From an uncultured Acidimicrobiaceae bacterium (GTDB lineage: Bacteria; Actinomycetota; Acidimicrobiia; Spongiisociales; UBA5794), in NCBI GenBank assembly GCA_964569015.1, contig CAZMSN010000005.1:2846-66845 (forward strand): 64,000 bases of DNA, given 5' to 3'. Made by a program: the position numbers and the translations under genes. This document shows, piece after piece, positions 1 through 8,754 of the stretch. Positions within the stretch are counted from its first letter, which is position 1. Every line of letters begins with the position of its first letter. The notes beneath the pieces are model-generated. The model ran no database searches. It was not told where the DNA came from and saw only the letters and a list, made by a program, of their open reading frames with translations.

Positions 1-69
1 GAACTAGTTGACTGCTGTAGGTGGTGGAGGCTACACTCTCCGTAGGCGGAAGACACCCTTCTACGACGT

Positions 70-1104
70 GTGCAGCCCTATGGGCCCGATCCTGAGGCGG
101 TCCGCATGAGCCGAGACGACGACCAGCCAGGAGATGTGACTGTCATCGTGTCCGCCGCCGACGCGGCCGAAGATGCCGCCGTCGAACCCGCGTGGTTGGA
201 GCAGCTCGCCGAGACCGAACGGCGCATCGCCGCTCTCGAGAAGAAGATCGCCGGCTCGAGGCCGGCGGCGGCCGCCGCAAAGCCAACCAAGGCTCCCAAG
301 GCGGAGACCGCTCCGCCGATCGTGGCCGCCACTCCCGAGGTTGACAAAGGCGTCACCCGTGCGACGCCCGGTGAGCAAACGGCCGCCGAGGCGAGCGAGA
401 TCTTGGTGACGGCCCATCAGGAAGCCGCCGCCGTCCTCAGCGAAGCCAGGAGGGAAGCCTTCCGCCTCGTCACCGAAGCACGCGACGATGCCGAGAACAC
501 CGCCGCCGAAGCCCAAACCAACGCCGCCCGCATCACCAAGAACGCCGAGGAGACCCGCGGCGCCACTCGACGCGACTCCATCGCCCTCATCGACGAGGTC
601 AAGGACGAGAGTGAGCGGCTCATCGCCGAGCGCAACACCGTCCTCGAGACGATGCGGGCCGAGTACGAGACCGAGAACGCAGATCTCCTCGAGCGGATCA
701 CGGAACTCCGTTCCATCGCCGCCGATCTCGAGAATCGGCTCTCCGCCGCCCTCCAGCACCACGCCACACAAGACCAATCCCCCTCTCCGTCACCGGCCCC
801 CCAGCCCGAACCAAGACCCCCAACGGCGTCGGGCCCGGCCGAGGATGTCGCAGGCTCCGCACAAGCCGACCCTGACACGCCCAATGTGCCTGTGCAACAC
901 AACGGGGTCGCGCCAACAGCCGCGTCGCGCGGATCGTATTACAGCCGACGCTCCGCCAGATTGCCTCGGCTCGGGTCCGATGCCGGCCGCAACGCAATCG
1001 CCGCCATCAACGCCATGCGAGCCCATGCCAGGGACGCTGAGAACAAAGACAACGGCGACGGGCCAGCTGCCGACAAGGAGGGATTGACCGCACAGACCGC
1101 CTGA
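70..1104 (+). CDS. Coiled-coil protein (DivIVA/ATP-synthase-b-like helical repeats), paralog A of 24776..25606
   Basis: 344-aa ORF with an Ala/Glu/Arg-rich helical segment (EARREAFRLVTEARDDAE...), a Pro-rich linker and the C-terminal peptide YYSRRSARLPRLGSDAGRNAIAAINAMR, which is shared with the ORF at 24776..25606. Starts at GTG 70, with an alternative ATG at 106. Confidence 0.6.
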   Translation: MQPYGPDPEAVRMSRDDDQPGDVTVIVSAADAAEDAAVEPAWLEQLAETERRIAALEKKIAGSRPAAAAAKPTKAPKAETAPPIVAATPEVDKGVTRATPGEQTAAEASEILVTAHQEAAAVLSEARREAFRLVTEARDDAENTAAEAQTNAARITKNAEETRGATRRDSIALIDEVKDESERLIAERNTVLETMRAEYETENADLLERITELRSIAADLENRLSAALQHHATQDQSPSPSPAPQPEPRPPTASGPAEDVAGSAQADPDTPNVPVQHNGVAPTAASRGSYYSRRSARLPRLGSDAGRNAIAAINAMRAHARDAENKDNGDGPAADKEGLTAQTA

Positions 1105-1182
1105 AGGCTCGACGGGAACGGGCGCCTCATCAAACGGCCCGCACGCGCACGGCTGAACGACCGCCCCGTTTCCGTCGACAAA

Positions 1183-1213
1183 GTGGGCGCCCTCCCGCAA
1201 CGAGGGCGCCCAC
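1183..1213. terminator. Perfect 12-bp stem / 7-nt loop hairpin between convergent genes; candidate bidirectional terminator
   Basis: gtgggcgccctc-ccgcaac-gagggcgcccac. On the minus strand it is followed by a short T run (TTTG). Confidence 0.4.
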
Positions 1214-1279
1214 TGCTCGTCTCCGGAGGATTTCGACGCGTCGGAAGCCGACACGACCGGCCCGCGCCGGGCCGGCGGA

Positions 1280-1903
1280 TCAGGTGTAGTAGGGATCGGC
1301 CCCGGCGGTGTGGTCGGTCACATCGACCACACCGGTGATCTCCGGCACGTTGGATTTGATGGCGGTCTCGATGCCCTGGCTCAGGGTCATGGCCGCCAGA
1401 CCGCAGCCCTGACACCCGCCCCCGAGCTGCACGTACGCGGTCGTGTCCTCGACGCGATCGAGCGTCACGAAACCGCCGTGGGCGGCAATGGCAGGATTGA
1501 TGTGCTCCGAGATGAGTTGGGCGACGCGCTCTTCGATGGTCCCCTCGAGAACGATCGGCGGGGCATCCGGCGCTTCGATCCGCGCAGTCGGCGGATTGGG
1601 ATTGTGCAACACGAGTCCCGGAGTCGCGGGATCACCCGCGATGTCGACAATGGCGCCCCTCAGGTTGTCGACGCTGTGAAGAGGGATCGCCACCGCCAGC
1701 TCACCGTGATGCTCGATGTGGTCGTTGTCGCCGATGTCCTCGGCTCGGAGGAAGGCGGTCTCGTAGCGGAATCCATTCCGGCCCGCGCCGACGATGCGCA
1801 GGCCCAAGGACAGATCGGGGATCTCCTCCCGGTCCCGTTGCTGCAGGATTCGGGAAAGAGCGGGCTCTGTGATCTCGACGATGGCTTCAGCGGTCGTATC
1901 CAT
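1280..1903 (-). CDS. nfuA: NfuA/NifU-like Fe-S cluster assembly protein
   Basis: C-terminal Nfu domain with GGGCQGCGLAAMTL (CxxC) motif. Start taken at ATG 1903 (MDTTAEAIVEI...); the track ORF extends to GTG 1930. Confidence 0.7.
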   Translation of the reverse strand: MDTTAEAIVEITEPALSRILQQRDREEIPDLSLGLRIVGAGRNGFRYETAFLRAEDIGDNDHIEHHGELAVAIPLHSVDNLRGAIVDIAGDPATPGLVLHNPNPPTARIEAPDAPPIVLEGTIEERVAQLISEHINPAIAAHGGFVTLDRVEDTTAYVQLGGGCQGCGLAAMTLSQGIETAIKSNVPEITGVVDVTDHTAGADPYYT

Positions 1904-1955
1904 GCGACCGGATGCTACTGCGGCCCCCACGGCTTCCCGACGTCCCGTTTCCGCA

Positions 1956-3746
1956 TCAATCCATGTACATGGCCTCGATGAGGTCCGCGAAGTGCTCGGC
2001 CACCGCCGCCCTCCGCACCTTGAGCGTCGGAGTCAGCTCCCCCTCATCCATCGAGAGCGGCCTCGGCAGGATGGTGAAGCGCTTCAGCTGTTCCGCCCGG
2101 GCGAAGTGCCGGTTGAGGCCGGCGATCGCCTCTTCGATCTCGCGGTGGATCTCCTCGCTCTCATGGGCAGGCCCCGACAGGCCGTGCGCCTCCAGGTAGC
2201 GGGCGGCAGCCCCCTCGTGCAGCGTCACCAACGCCGACAGATACTTGCGCCGATCGCCGATCACCATCACCTCGAACACGAGTGGGTGGGTCCTCAACGC
2301 CTCCTCGAGCGGCTTGGGAGCGACATTCTTGCCCCCGGCGGTGATGATGATGTCCTTCTTGCGGCCCGTGATCCAGAGCATGCCGTCGTCGTCGAACCTT
2401 CCCATGTCGCCCGAGTGGAGCCATCCGTCCGCCAGCGTGGCGGCGGTCCCCTCCGGATCGCGGTAATAGCCGAGGAAGACGTTGCGGCCCTGCACTAGCA
2501 CCTCGCCGTCTTCGGCGATGCGGACCTCCGTCCCCGGGAAGGGAGGCCCCACCGAGCCGTAGACAGTGCGGCCTGGGACGTTGATCGTGGTCGGCCCCGT
2601 GTCCTCCGATTGCCCGTAGACCTCACGGATCGGGATGTCGACGCTCGAGAAGAACTCGAGCAGCTCCTTGGAGATCGGAGCCGCCCCGCTGACCGCCAGT
2701 GCGGCTCCGCCGAGCCCCAATGCCTTCTTCGCCTTGTCGAGGACGAGCTTGCGGGCCACGGCGTAACGCCCAGCCAGCATCTTGTTGGGTTCCTCTCCCC
2801 GATTGCGAAGATCGTTCACTTTCGTGGCCACGCCCATCGCCCAGGCGGCGATCTTGGCCTTCGATCCCGAGAGCTCGTCCAAATGCGCCGTGACCCCCGA
2901 CTGGAACCGTTCCCAAACCCGCGGCACCGCGAAGAAGATCGTGGGCTGCACCTCCTTGAGGTTGTCGGCCACCCGCGCGAAGGACTCTGCGTAGTAAACC
3001 GCCTCCCCCGCCACCGCCGGAGCGTGAATCGTGAACACCTGCTCGGCGATGTGCGACAGCGGCAGGTACGAGACGCTCCACTCGGACGAGTCGATCTCGA
3101 AGAGTCGCGCCGCCTGCGATGCCGTCCACACCAAGTTGTCGTGCGACAACATGACACCCTTGGGAGGACCGGTCGTCCCCGACGTGTAGATGAGGGTGGC
3201 GAGGCCGTTGGGCTCCAGCGCCTCCAACCGGGCATCGACCTCCTCGGTGCCCACCGTGGCGCCCCGCTCGATGAAATCGTCCCACGAGATGACAAGGTCG
3301 TCGTCGATCCGGGAGGCAGGGCGCATCGTCACCACGTGCCGCAGGTCGGGAAGATCTGCCCTCACCTCGCCGATCTTGGCCCACTGCTCCTCGTTCTCCA
3401 CGAGAACCATTGGCGCCTTGGAATGGGAGATGATGTACTGGCATTCCTCCGGCGAATCGGTGGCGTAGATCCCGGCCGGGACCGCGCCGGCCGCCATCGC
3501 CCCGACGTCGAAGAGGACCCACTCCGGTCGATTGAAGCCGAGGATGTTCACGGCATCGCCGGCCTCGATGCCGAGTGCGATCAGCGACTTGGCAACCGCC
3601 ACCACCTCACCGGCGTACTCTTTCCACGTGGTTGCTTGCCATGCCTCGCCGACCCGCTGGTAGTACGCCGGTCGATCGGCGAGGACCTCGCCGTTGCAAA
3701 GCACCCTGAACGGAATGGTCTCAGCCGGCACGTTCCTCCTCCTCAC
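1956..3746 (-). CDS. fadD: Long-chain fatty-acid--CoA ligase (AMP-dependent synthetase)
   Basis: AMP-binding motif LIYTSGTTGPPKGVML and full-length ANL-superfamily architecture. GTG start at 3746, alternative GTG at 3731. Confidence 0.8.
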   Translation of the reverse strand: MRRRNVPAETIPFRVLCNGEVLADRPAYYQRVGEAWQATTWKEYAGEVVAVAKSLIALGIEAGDAVNILGFNRPEWVLFDVGAMAAGAVPAGIYATDSPEECQYIISHSKAPMVLVENEEQWAKIGEVRADLPDLRHVVTMRPASRIDDDLVISWDDFIERGATVGTEEVDARLEALEPNGLATLIYTSGTTGPPKGVMLSHDNLVWTASQAARLFEIDSSEWSVSYLPLSHIAEQVFTIHAPAVAGEAVYYAESFARVADNLKEVQPTIFFAVPRVWERFQSGVTAHLDELSGSKAKIAAWAMGVATKVNDLRNRGEEPNKMLAGRYAVARKLVLDKAKKALGLGGAALAVSGAAPISKELLEFFSSVDIPIREVYGQSEDTGPTTINVPGRTVYGSVGPPFPGTEVRIAEDGEVLVQGRNVFLGYYRDPEGTAATLADGWLHSGDMGRFDDDGMLWITGRKKDIIITAGGKNVAPKPLEEALRTHPLVFEVMVIGDRRKYLSALVTLHEGAAARYLEAHGLSGPAHESEEIHREIEEAIAGLNRHFARAEQLKRFTILPRPLSMDEGELTPTLKVRRAAVAEHFADLIEAMYMD

Positions 3747-3821
3747 CTCGTACGGGCTCTCCGACTGTAGTGAAAAACGATCCGCCGCCGCGGGGCGACA
3801 CGGGAGTATTCAGCGACGAGA

Positions 3822-5327
3822 ATGGCGCCCATGTCCATCGCCGATCTGCAGACGCGCTCCTCGGGTCTGTTGCTGCATCCCAGCAGCCTGCCCGGCCCCT
3901 ACGGCATCGGCGACATCGGACCGGCAGCGGCCGCCTGGGTCGACTTCGTCGCCGCCACCGGATGCCGGATGTGGCAGATCCTCCCGCTCGGCCCCACCGG
4001 GTACGGGGACTCGCCCTACCAGTGCTTCTCTTCGTTCGCCGGCAACCCCTACCTCGTCAGCCCCGACCTGTTGCTCCAAGACGGCCTCGTCTCCGACGAG
4101 GACCTCGCCGCCTACCCAAGACTGCCCGCCGAACGGGTCGACTACGGCGCCGTGATCCCGGCCAAGCTGGCTCTGCTCGACCGTGCATTCGACCGCTTCG
4201 GCGACGCTGCCCCCGCGCTGCGGGACGAATACAGATCCTTCGCCGACGCCGAGCGCCGCTGGCTCGATGACTTCGCGGTGTTCATGACGCTCAAGGATCT
4301 CCACGGCGGAGCACCCTGGATCTCGTGGGAGCGTCCCTTGCGCCTACACGACCCGGAGGCGATCGCCGACCTGCGGCGCCGCCACGCCGACGCCGTCGGC
4401 CGTCACGTCTTCCGCCAGTGGGTCTTCCATCGCCAGTGGGCCATCCTGCGACAGCATGCCGCCGCAGCAGGCGTCGCCATCATTGGCGACATCCCGTTCT
4501 TCGTCGCCGGAGACTCCGCCGACGTCTGGGCCAACCGCCATCTCTTCCAGCTCGACGCGGAGGGAAACCCCTCGGTGATCGCCGGCGTCCCACCCGACCT
4601 GTTCTCCGACACCGGCCAGCGCTGGGGCAATCCCCTCTACAACTGGGAGCGTCACGAGGCCGACGGATACACATGGTGGGTCGACCGGATCGCAGCGACG
4701 CTTTCACAGGTCGACATTCTCCGCATCGACCACTTCCGAGCCTTCGTCAACTACTGGGAGATTCCCGGCGGGGCGCCCACCGCCGAGGTCGGCCGCTGGA
4801 TGGACGGCCCGGGAGAAGCGGTCTTCACCGCCGTGCGCAGCGCCCTCGGCACCCTACCGATCATCGCCGAAGATCTGGGAGAGCTCGATCCGAGAGTCCC
4901 GGCGCTGCGCGACAAGCTCGGCCTCCCAGGAATGAAGGTCCTCCAGTTCGCGTTCGACGGCGACCTGACTCACCCGTTCCTTCCCCACAACTACCCCCCC
5001 ACCTGTGTCGTGTACACCGGAACCCACGACAACAACACTGTCAAGGGCTGGTGGAACTCGGCCCCGCCCGAAGAACGCCGCTTCGCCAGGGACTACTTGG
5101 GCGTCGACGAGAACGACCCGGTGGAAGCGTTCCTCGAGGGGGTGTGGAGTTCGGTGGCGCTGCTGGCCATCGCCCCTATCCAGGACGCGCTGCGCCTTGG
5201 GGCGGAAGGTCGCATGAACAGTCCCGGCACCACGAGCGGCAACTGGCAATGGCGTCTCGCCGCCGACGCGCTGACAACGCCGGTGCACGACCAAATCCGC
5301 GATCTCAACCGCCGCTATGGACGCTGA
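3822..5327 (+). CDS. malQ: 4-alpha-glucanotransferase (amylomaltase)
   Basis: GH77 N-terminal signature GLLLHPSSLPGPYGIGD and YGDSPYQ. ATG at 3822. Confidence 0.85.
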   Translation: MAPMSIADLQTRSSGLLLHPSSLPGPYGIGDIGPAAAAWVDFVAATGCRMWQILPLGPTGYGDSPYQCFSSFAGNPYLVSPDLLLQDGLVSDEDLAAYPRLPAERVDYGAVIPAKLALLDRAFDRFGDAAPALRDEYRSFADAERRWLDDFAVFMTLKDLHGGAPWISWERPLRLHDPEAIADLRRRHADAVGRHVFRQWVFHRQWAILRQHAAAAGVAIIGDIPFFVAGDSADVWANRHLFQLDAEGNPSVIAGVPPDLFSDTGQRWGNPLYNWERHEADGYTWWVDRIAATLSQVDILRIDHFRAFVNYWEIPGGAPTAEVGRWMDGPGEAVFTAVRSALGTLPIIAEDLGELDPRVPALRDKLGLPGMKVLQFAFDGDLTHPFLPHNYPPTCVVYTGTHDNNTVKGWWNSAPPEERRFARDYLGVDENDPVEAFLEGVWSSVALLAIAPIQDALRLGAEGRMNSPGTTSGNWQWRLAADALTTPVHDQIRDLNRRYGR

Positions 5328-5352
5328 CCTCTCGCGCTCGAGGCCCTCCTGA

Positions 5353-5646
5353 TCAGGGAGCGACCTCGACCAGCTCGTTGGTCGTCAAGTCGAGCACCCG
5401 TTCCACGTCGCTGCGGCTCTCGGCGATCCATCGGGCGAGACTCTCCCCCTGACGCCGCACCAGCCACCAGGCAACCTCGTTGGAGCCGCTCTCTCGATGC
5501 TCGCGCCAGCGGGACCGCGCAGTGGCGATCGCTATCCTCTCCGACTCGAAGGTGCCCAGCAAGGTCTCTTCCGGACCCCGATAGGGCTTTCCCGGCGCGG
5601 GCATGGGCTCGCGATACTCGGTTGCCGTGAAGGCCTCGCTGCTCAT
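5353..5646 (-). CDS. Hypothetical small protein (97 aa)
   Basis: ORF only, with GC-rich third codon positions. No recognisable domain. Confidence 0.25.
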   Translation of the reverse strand: MSSEAFTATEYREPMPAPGKPYRGPEETLLGTFESERIAIATARSRWREHRESGSNEVAWWLVRRQGESLARWIAESRSDVERVLDLTTNELVEVAP

Positions 5647-5799
5647 ATACCCTCCTCAAGCCTGGCCGAATGCTACTACTCACAGCGGCAAGCGCGCGTG
5701 CCGATCAGAGGAATGATCACCACTGGGGAGACCCGGTCTGGCAGCTCCGGCTCGACGCCCGGCGGCAGCCACATCGCGGCCGCACCAGACCCCGGAGCG

Positions 5800-5871
5800 T
5801 GGGCGCTGGCAGGATTGAACTGCCGACCTCTTCCGCGTCAAGGAAGCGCTCTCCCACTGAGCTAAGCGCCC
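5800..5871 (-). tRNA. tRNA-Val (anticodon GAC)
   Basis: Reverse complement GGGCGCTTAGCTCAGTGGGAGAGCGCTTCCTTGACGCGGAAGAGGTCGGCAGTTCAATCCTGCCAGCGCCCA folds as a cloverleaf. Anticodon loop TTGACGC, T-loop TTCAATC. Confidence 0.9.
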
Positions 5872-5895
5872 TGGGACCGGCTGGAGACCGGTTCG

Positions 5896-5967
5896 AGGCG
5901 ACGCCGGGAATCGAACCCGGGTAAAAGGTTTTGCAGACCTTTGCCTAAACCACTCGGCCACGTCGCC
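5896..5967 (-). tRNA. tRNA-Cys (anticodon GCA)
   Basis: Reverse complement GGCGACGTGGCCGAGTGG...AAGGTCTGCAAAACCTT...CCGGGTTCGATTCCCGGCGTCGCCT. Anticodon GCA, discriminator U. Confidence 0.9.
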
Positions 5968-5993
5968 AGACGGACGGCTCTCGCCGCCCTCGG

Positions 5994-6066
5994 AGCGGAC
6001 GACCGGGATCGAACCGGCGACCTCAACCTTGGCAAGGTTGCGCTCTACCAGCTGAGCTACGTCCGC
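5994..6066 (-). tRNA. tRNA-Gly (anticodon GCC)
   Basis: Reverse complement GCGGACGTAGCTCAGCTGGTAGAGCGCAACCTTGCCAAGGTTGAGGTCGCCGGTTCGATCCCGGTCGTCCGCT. Anticodon GCC, discriminator U. Confidence 0.9.
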
Positions 6067-6110
6067 GGGGACCGGAATAGTACCACGCCACCCGGCGGCG
6101 ACGGCAGGGC

Positions 6111-6539
6111 TCAGATGCCGGTGGAGCCAAAGCCGCCACTGCCCCGAGCCGAATCCGGCAGCTCTCCGACCTCCACAAATTCCTGCTCTGCGACGGGCAC
6201 GACCACGAGCTGCACGATGCGCTCTCCCCGTGCCAGCTCCACCGGCTCACTCCCCAGGTTCACCAAGATCGCGTGGATCTCGCCGCGGAAACCGGCATCG
6301 ATCACCCCCGGCGCGTTGACGACGCCGATCCCGTGCCGTGCCGCCAGGCCGCTGCGTGGCGCTACCAATCCGACGTGACCGGACGGGATCGCCACCGCGA
6401 TCCCGGTTGGTACCATGCCCCGCTCCCCCGGTTCGAGCCGGACGGCACAGCGGGCACGGAGATCGACGCCGGCGTCACCGGGATGAGAATGCGACGGCAG
6501 CGGCAGTTCGGGATCGAGCCGGACAAGCGGTATCTTCAT
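6111..6539 (-). CDS. dut: dUTP diphosphatase
   Basis: Dut motifs PRSGLAARHGIGVVNAPGVIDAGFRGEI and the C-terminal Gly-rich SRGSGGFGSTG. Start chosen at ATG 6539 (MKIPLVRLDP...), which matches the Dut N-terminus. Confidence 0.85.
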   Translation of the reverse strand: MKIPLVRLDPELPLPSHSHPGDAGVDLRARCAVRLEPGERGMVPTGIAVAIPSGHVGLVAPRSGLAARHGIGVVNAPGVIDAGFRGEIHAILVNLGSEPVELARGERIVQLVVVPVAEQEFVEVGELPDSARGSGGFGSTGI

Positions 6540-6584
6540 CGGCGGCATTGTGGCCGACGGTCGTATCAACGGCAAAGGTGACAC

Positions 6585-7652
6585 GTGAGCAAGAAGAGGC
6601 AAGTCGAAGCCCCGACCTCGGGCAATGACGGCGCCTGGTTCCTGGACATGCTGGGAATCGAACGTGGCCGGCTCATTTCCTCAACCCGACGATCCCACGG
6701 CGACGTCGAGATGCCGACGCTGTCTCCATCGGCGTCGCCGGCAGAGACCACGTCTGAACACGTCGGCCAACTCTGGCAAGCCACCGGTGAACAGGATCCG
6801 CTCACCGACTGGGAGCCCCACGAGTTGGCGAAACAGGTGACCTCCAGCCGGAACTTCCGCTGGACGGTCATCGGCGCCCTGGTGATCCTCGGAGTCATCG
6901 CCGCGGCGACGATCCTCTGGCTCCCCTCGATCGTGCAGAGGCGGGCCGATGCCCGAGCCGATGAATACCGCCGCGTCATCGTCGATCTTCGCGCCGCGCT
7001 CCCCGACACCCAGAGTGCCCTCGCGACCGCCACCGACCCGGCTGCCACGGCCGAAGATTTCTCGGCGCTCGTGGGCCCTCTGGCCGGCCTCTCCTCGCTG
7101 GCGGACCGCCTTGGCGACACGATCGCTGAGCCGCTCCCGGAAGCGCCGCCGCTCCTGCCGTCCGGGCCGATCGAGGAGCTCATCCCCATCCAGGACAAGC
7201 TCGGTCCCCTGGGCAGCGAAGCCGCCGCCATCGAGCAGCGCATCTCCGATCTGGTCCTCTACCGCACGCTGTTGGCCAGCGTCTCGACTCTCCCCGACAT
7301 CCCCACCGAGGGATCGGCCAGCGACATCAACGAGCTGCGGGTCGAGCTGGCCGCGTTCCACGCCGACGGGATCGGCATCGTCAACCAGATGAACCCCGAT
7401 CCAACCCTCGAAGACCACCTCGAAGAGGTGAGGGTGGCCCTCGACCGGTTCGCCGATTGGCAAATCGACTACCTCGAGGCGATTCGCGAGGGCGACGATG
7501 CCGGCCCAGTCGTCGACGAGATCACCATGGTCTTCGAGGCGCTCGGGCACACCATCGTCGCGCCTCTGGCGGAGATCCGCAGCGAGACCGACGCCCGGAT
7601 CCTGGACCTGGCGAACGAGCTGGATGACACCCTGGTGCTCATGCCGTCCTGA
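6585..7652 (+). CDS. Ala-rich single-pass membrane protein, divergent from dut
   Basis: One predicted TM helix (WTVIGALVILGVIAAATILWL). GTG 6585 is preceded by AAGGTG. Its position next to dut mirrors the mycobacterial Ala-rich TM protein. Confidence 0.55.
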   Translation: MSKKRQVEAPTSGNDGAWFLDMLGIERGRLISSTRRSHGDVEMPTLSPSASPAETTSEHVGQLWQATGEQDPLTDWEPHELAKQVTSSRNFRWTVIGALVILGVIAAATILWLPSIVQRRADARADEYRRVIVDLRAALPDTQSALATATDPAATAEDFSALVGPLAGLSSLADRLGDTIAEPLPEAPPLLPSGPIEELIPIQDKLGPLGSEAAAIEQRISDLVLYRTLLASVSTLPDIPTEGSASDINELRVELAAFHADGIGIVNQMNPDPTLEDHLEEVRVALDRFADWQIDYLEAIREGDDAGPVVDEITMVFEALGHTIVAPLAEIRSETDARILDLANELDDTLVLMPS

Positions 7653-7658
7653 GACGGG

Positions 7659-8108
7659 TCAGGCTTGCTCCTCGAGAGCGGCTGCTTCACGCTCGAAATC
7701 GCGAGCACGCTGGAACTCCTTGTACACCGAGGCGAATCGAAGGTACGCGACGTCGTCGATCTCTCGCAGGCCGAGCAGCACCTCGTCGCCGATGTCACTC
7801 GCCGAGACCGTGGATACCCCCGACGTGTACAGCCCCTCAGCCCGCTCCACAATCGCTTCGATCGTGCCCGCCGCCACCGGGCGATCGGCCAGTGCCCGCT
7901 CGATCCCCCTGCGTACCTTGCGTGCGTCAAACGGCTCGGTCCGTCCGTCCCGCTTCTGCACCAGCGGCGTCACGGCAATTCGTTCGTAGGTCGTGAAACG
8001 ATGGCCGCACCCCACACATTGTCGCCGCCGCCGGATCGACACCCCGCCCTCTGCCGGACGGCTGTCGATCACACGATTGTCGTCGGTGAGGCAGAGTGGG
8101 CAGCGCAT
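7659..8108 (-). CDS. nrdR: Transcriptional repressor NrdR
   Basis: N-terminal zinc ribbon MRCPLCLTDDNRVIDSRP...CVGCGHRFTTYE followed by an ATP-cone. ATG at 8108, 150 aa. Confidence 0.9.
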   Translation of the reverse strand: MRCPLCLTDDNRVIDSRPAEGGVSIRRRRQCVGCGHRFTTYERIAVTPLVQKRDGRTEPFDARKVRRGIERALADRPVAAGTIEAIVERAEGLYTSGVSTVSASDIGDEVLLGLREIDDVAYLRFASVYKEFQRARDFEREAAALEEQA

Positions 8109-8176
8109 CGTCGAGAGGCTACTCGCTCTGTTCGGAGGCCTCCATCGAGCCCGTGACACGACACCGCCTCCGAGCC

Positions 8177-8461
8177 TCAGTCGATGATCGGGATCTCGAT
8201 CACCTGGCCCGGCACGATCACGCTCGAGTCCATGCCATTGATCGTCCGGATGGTGGCAACCACCTCCCGGACATCGCCTCCGTCGGGCGACAGCTCGGCG
8301 GCGATGGCCCACAGCGTGTCTCCCGATCGCACCAAGTGGACGGTGGTGTCCGAGCCGGCCCCGGCTGCGTGGACGGCGGAAGCGAGGAGGAGCACCAGAG
8401 CCGCGATCACGATGGAGATGACGACCAGCACGCGTGATGGAGTGGTCATGTGTCCGGGCAT
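8177..8461 (-). CDS. LysM-domain secreted/membrane protein, divergent from lexA
   Basis: TM helix followed by a LysM domain (VHLVRSGDTLWAIAAEL...). ATG 8461 is preceded by GGAGGAG. Confidence 0.7.
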   Translation of the reverse strand: MPGHMTTPSRVLVVISIVIAALVLLLASAVHAAGAGSDTTVHLVRSGDTLWAIAAELSPDGGDVREVVATIRTINGMDSSVIVPGQVIEIPIID

Positions 8462-8629
8462 CGTGGTGTCTCCTCCCCTTCCCGCTTCCAACCGTGTTTC
8501 GGGTCTCTCCTGAGGCCCGCTGTCAGACCGGGATCGTGGGCCCGGCCCTGCAAGCAACGTATCGCCGGGGTGTGACAGGATCTCCGGCGACCCGAGGGCC
8601 TGTGTCCGGACCTGATTTGCATCTCCCGA

Positions 8630-8644
8630 TCGAACACGTGTTCG
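8630..8644. promoter_or_regulatory. LexA (SOS) box 1: TCGAACACGTGTTCG
   Basis: Perfect match to the Gram-positive/actinobacterial Cheo-box CGAAC-N4-GTTCG. Lies in the lexA/LysM divergent intergenic region. Confidence 0.75.
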
Positions 8645-8660
8645 CATATGGGGCACGCTA

Positions 8661-8675
8661 TCGAACATATGTTCC
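8661..8675. promoter_or_regulatory. LexA (SOS) box 2: TCGAACATATGTTCC
   Basis: Cheo-box-like palindrome, 17 nt downstream of box 1. Confidence 0.7.
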
Positions 8676-8684
8676 GGTGTCAAG

Positions 8685-8699
8685 TCGAACATATGTTTG
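8685..8699. promoter_or_regulatory. LexA (SOS) box 3: TCGAACATATGTTTG
   Basis: Cheo-box-like palindrome about 55 nt upstream of the lexA ATG. Confidence 0.65.
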
Positions 8700-8754
8700 G
8701 TAGATCGCGAAATCGCAACTACGATGGCCGGGTCGCGTTGAGAAAGGCACCGCA

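Noticed and set aside
5700-6110. Possible genomic-island insertion at the tRNA cluster
   Set aside because: No integrase, no direct repeat of a tRNA 3' end, and flanking genes (malQ, dut) are core; GC content is uniform.
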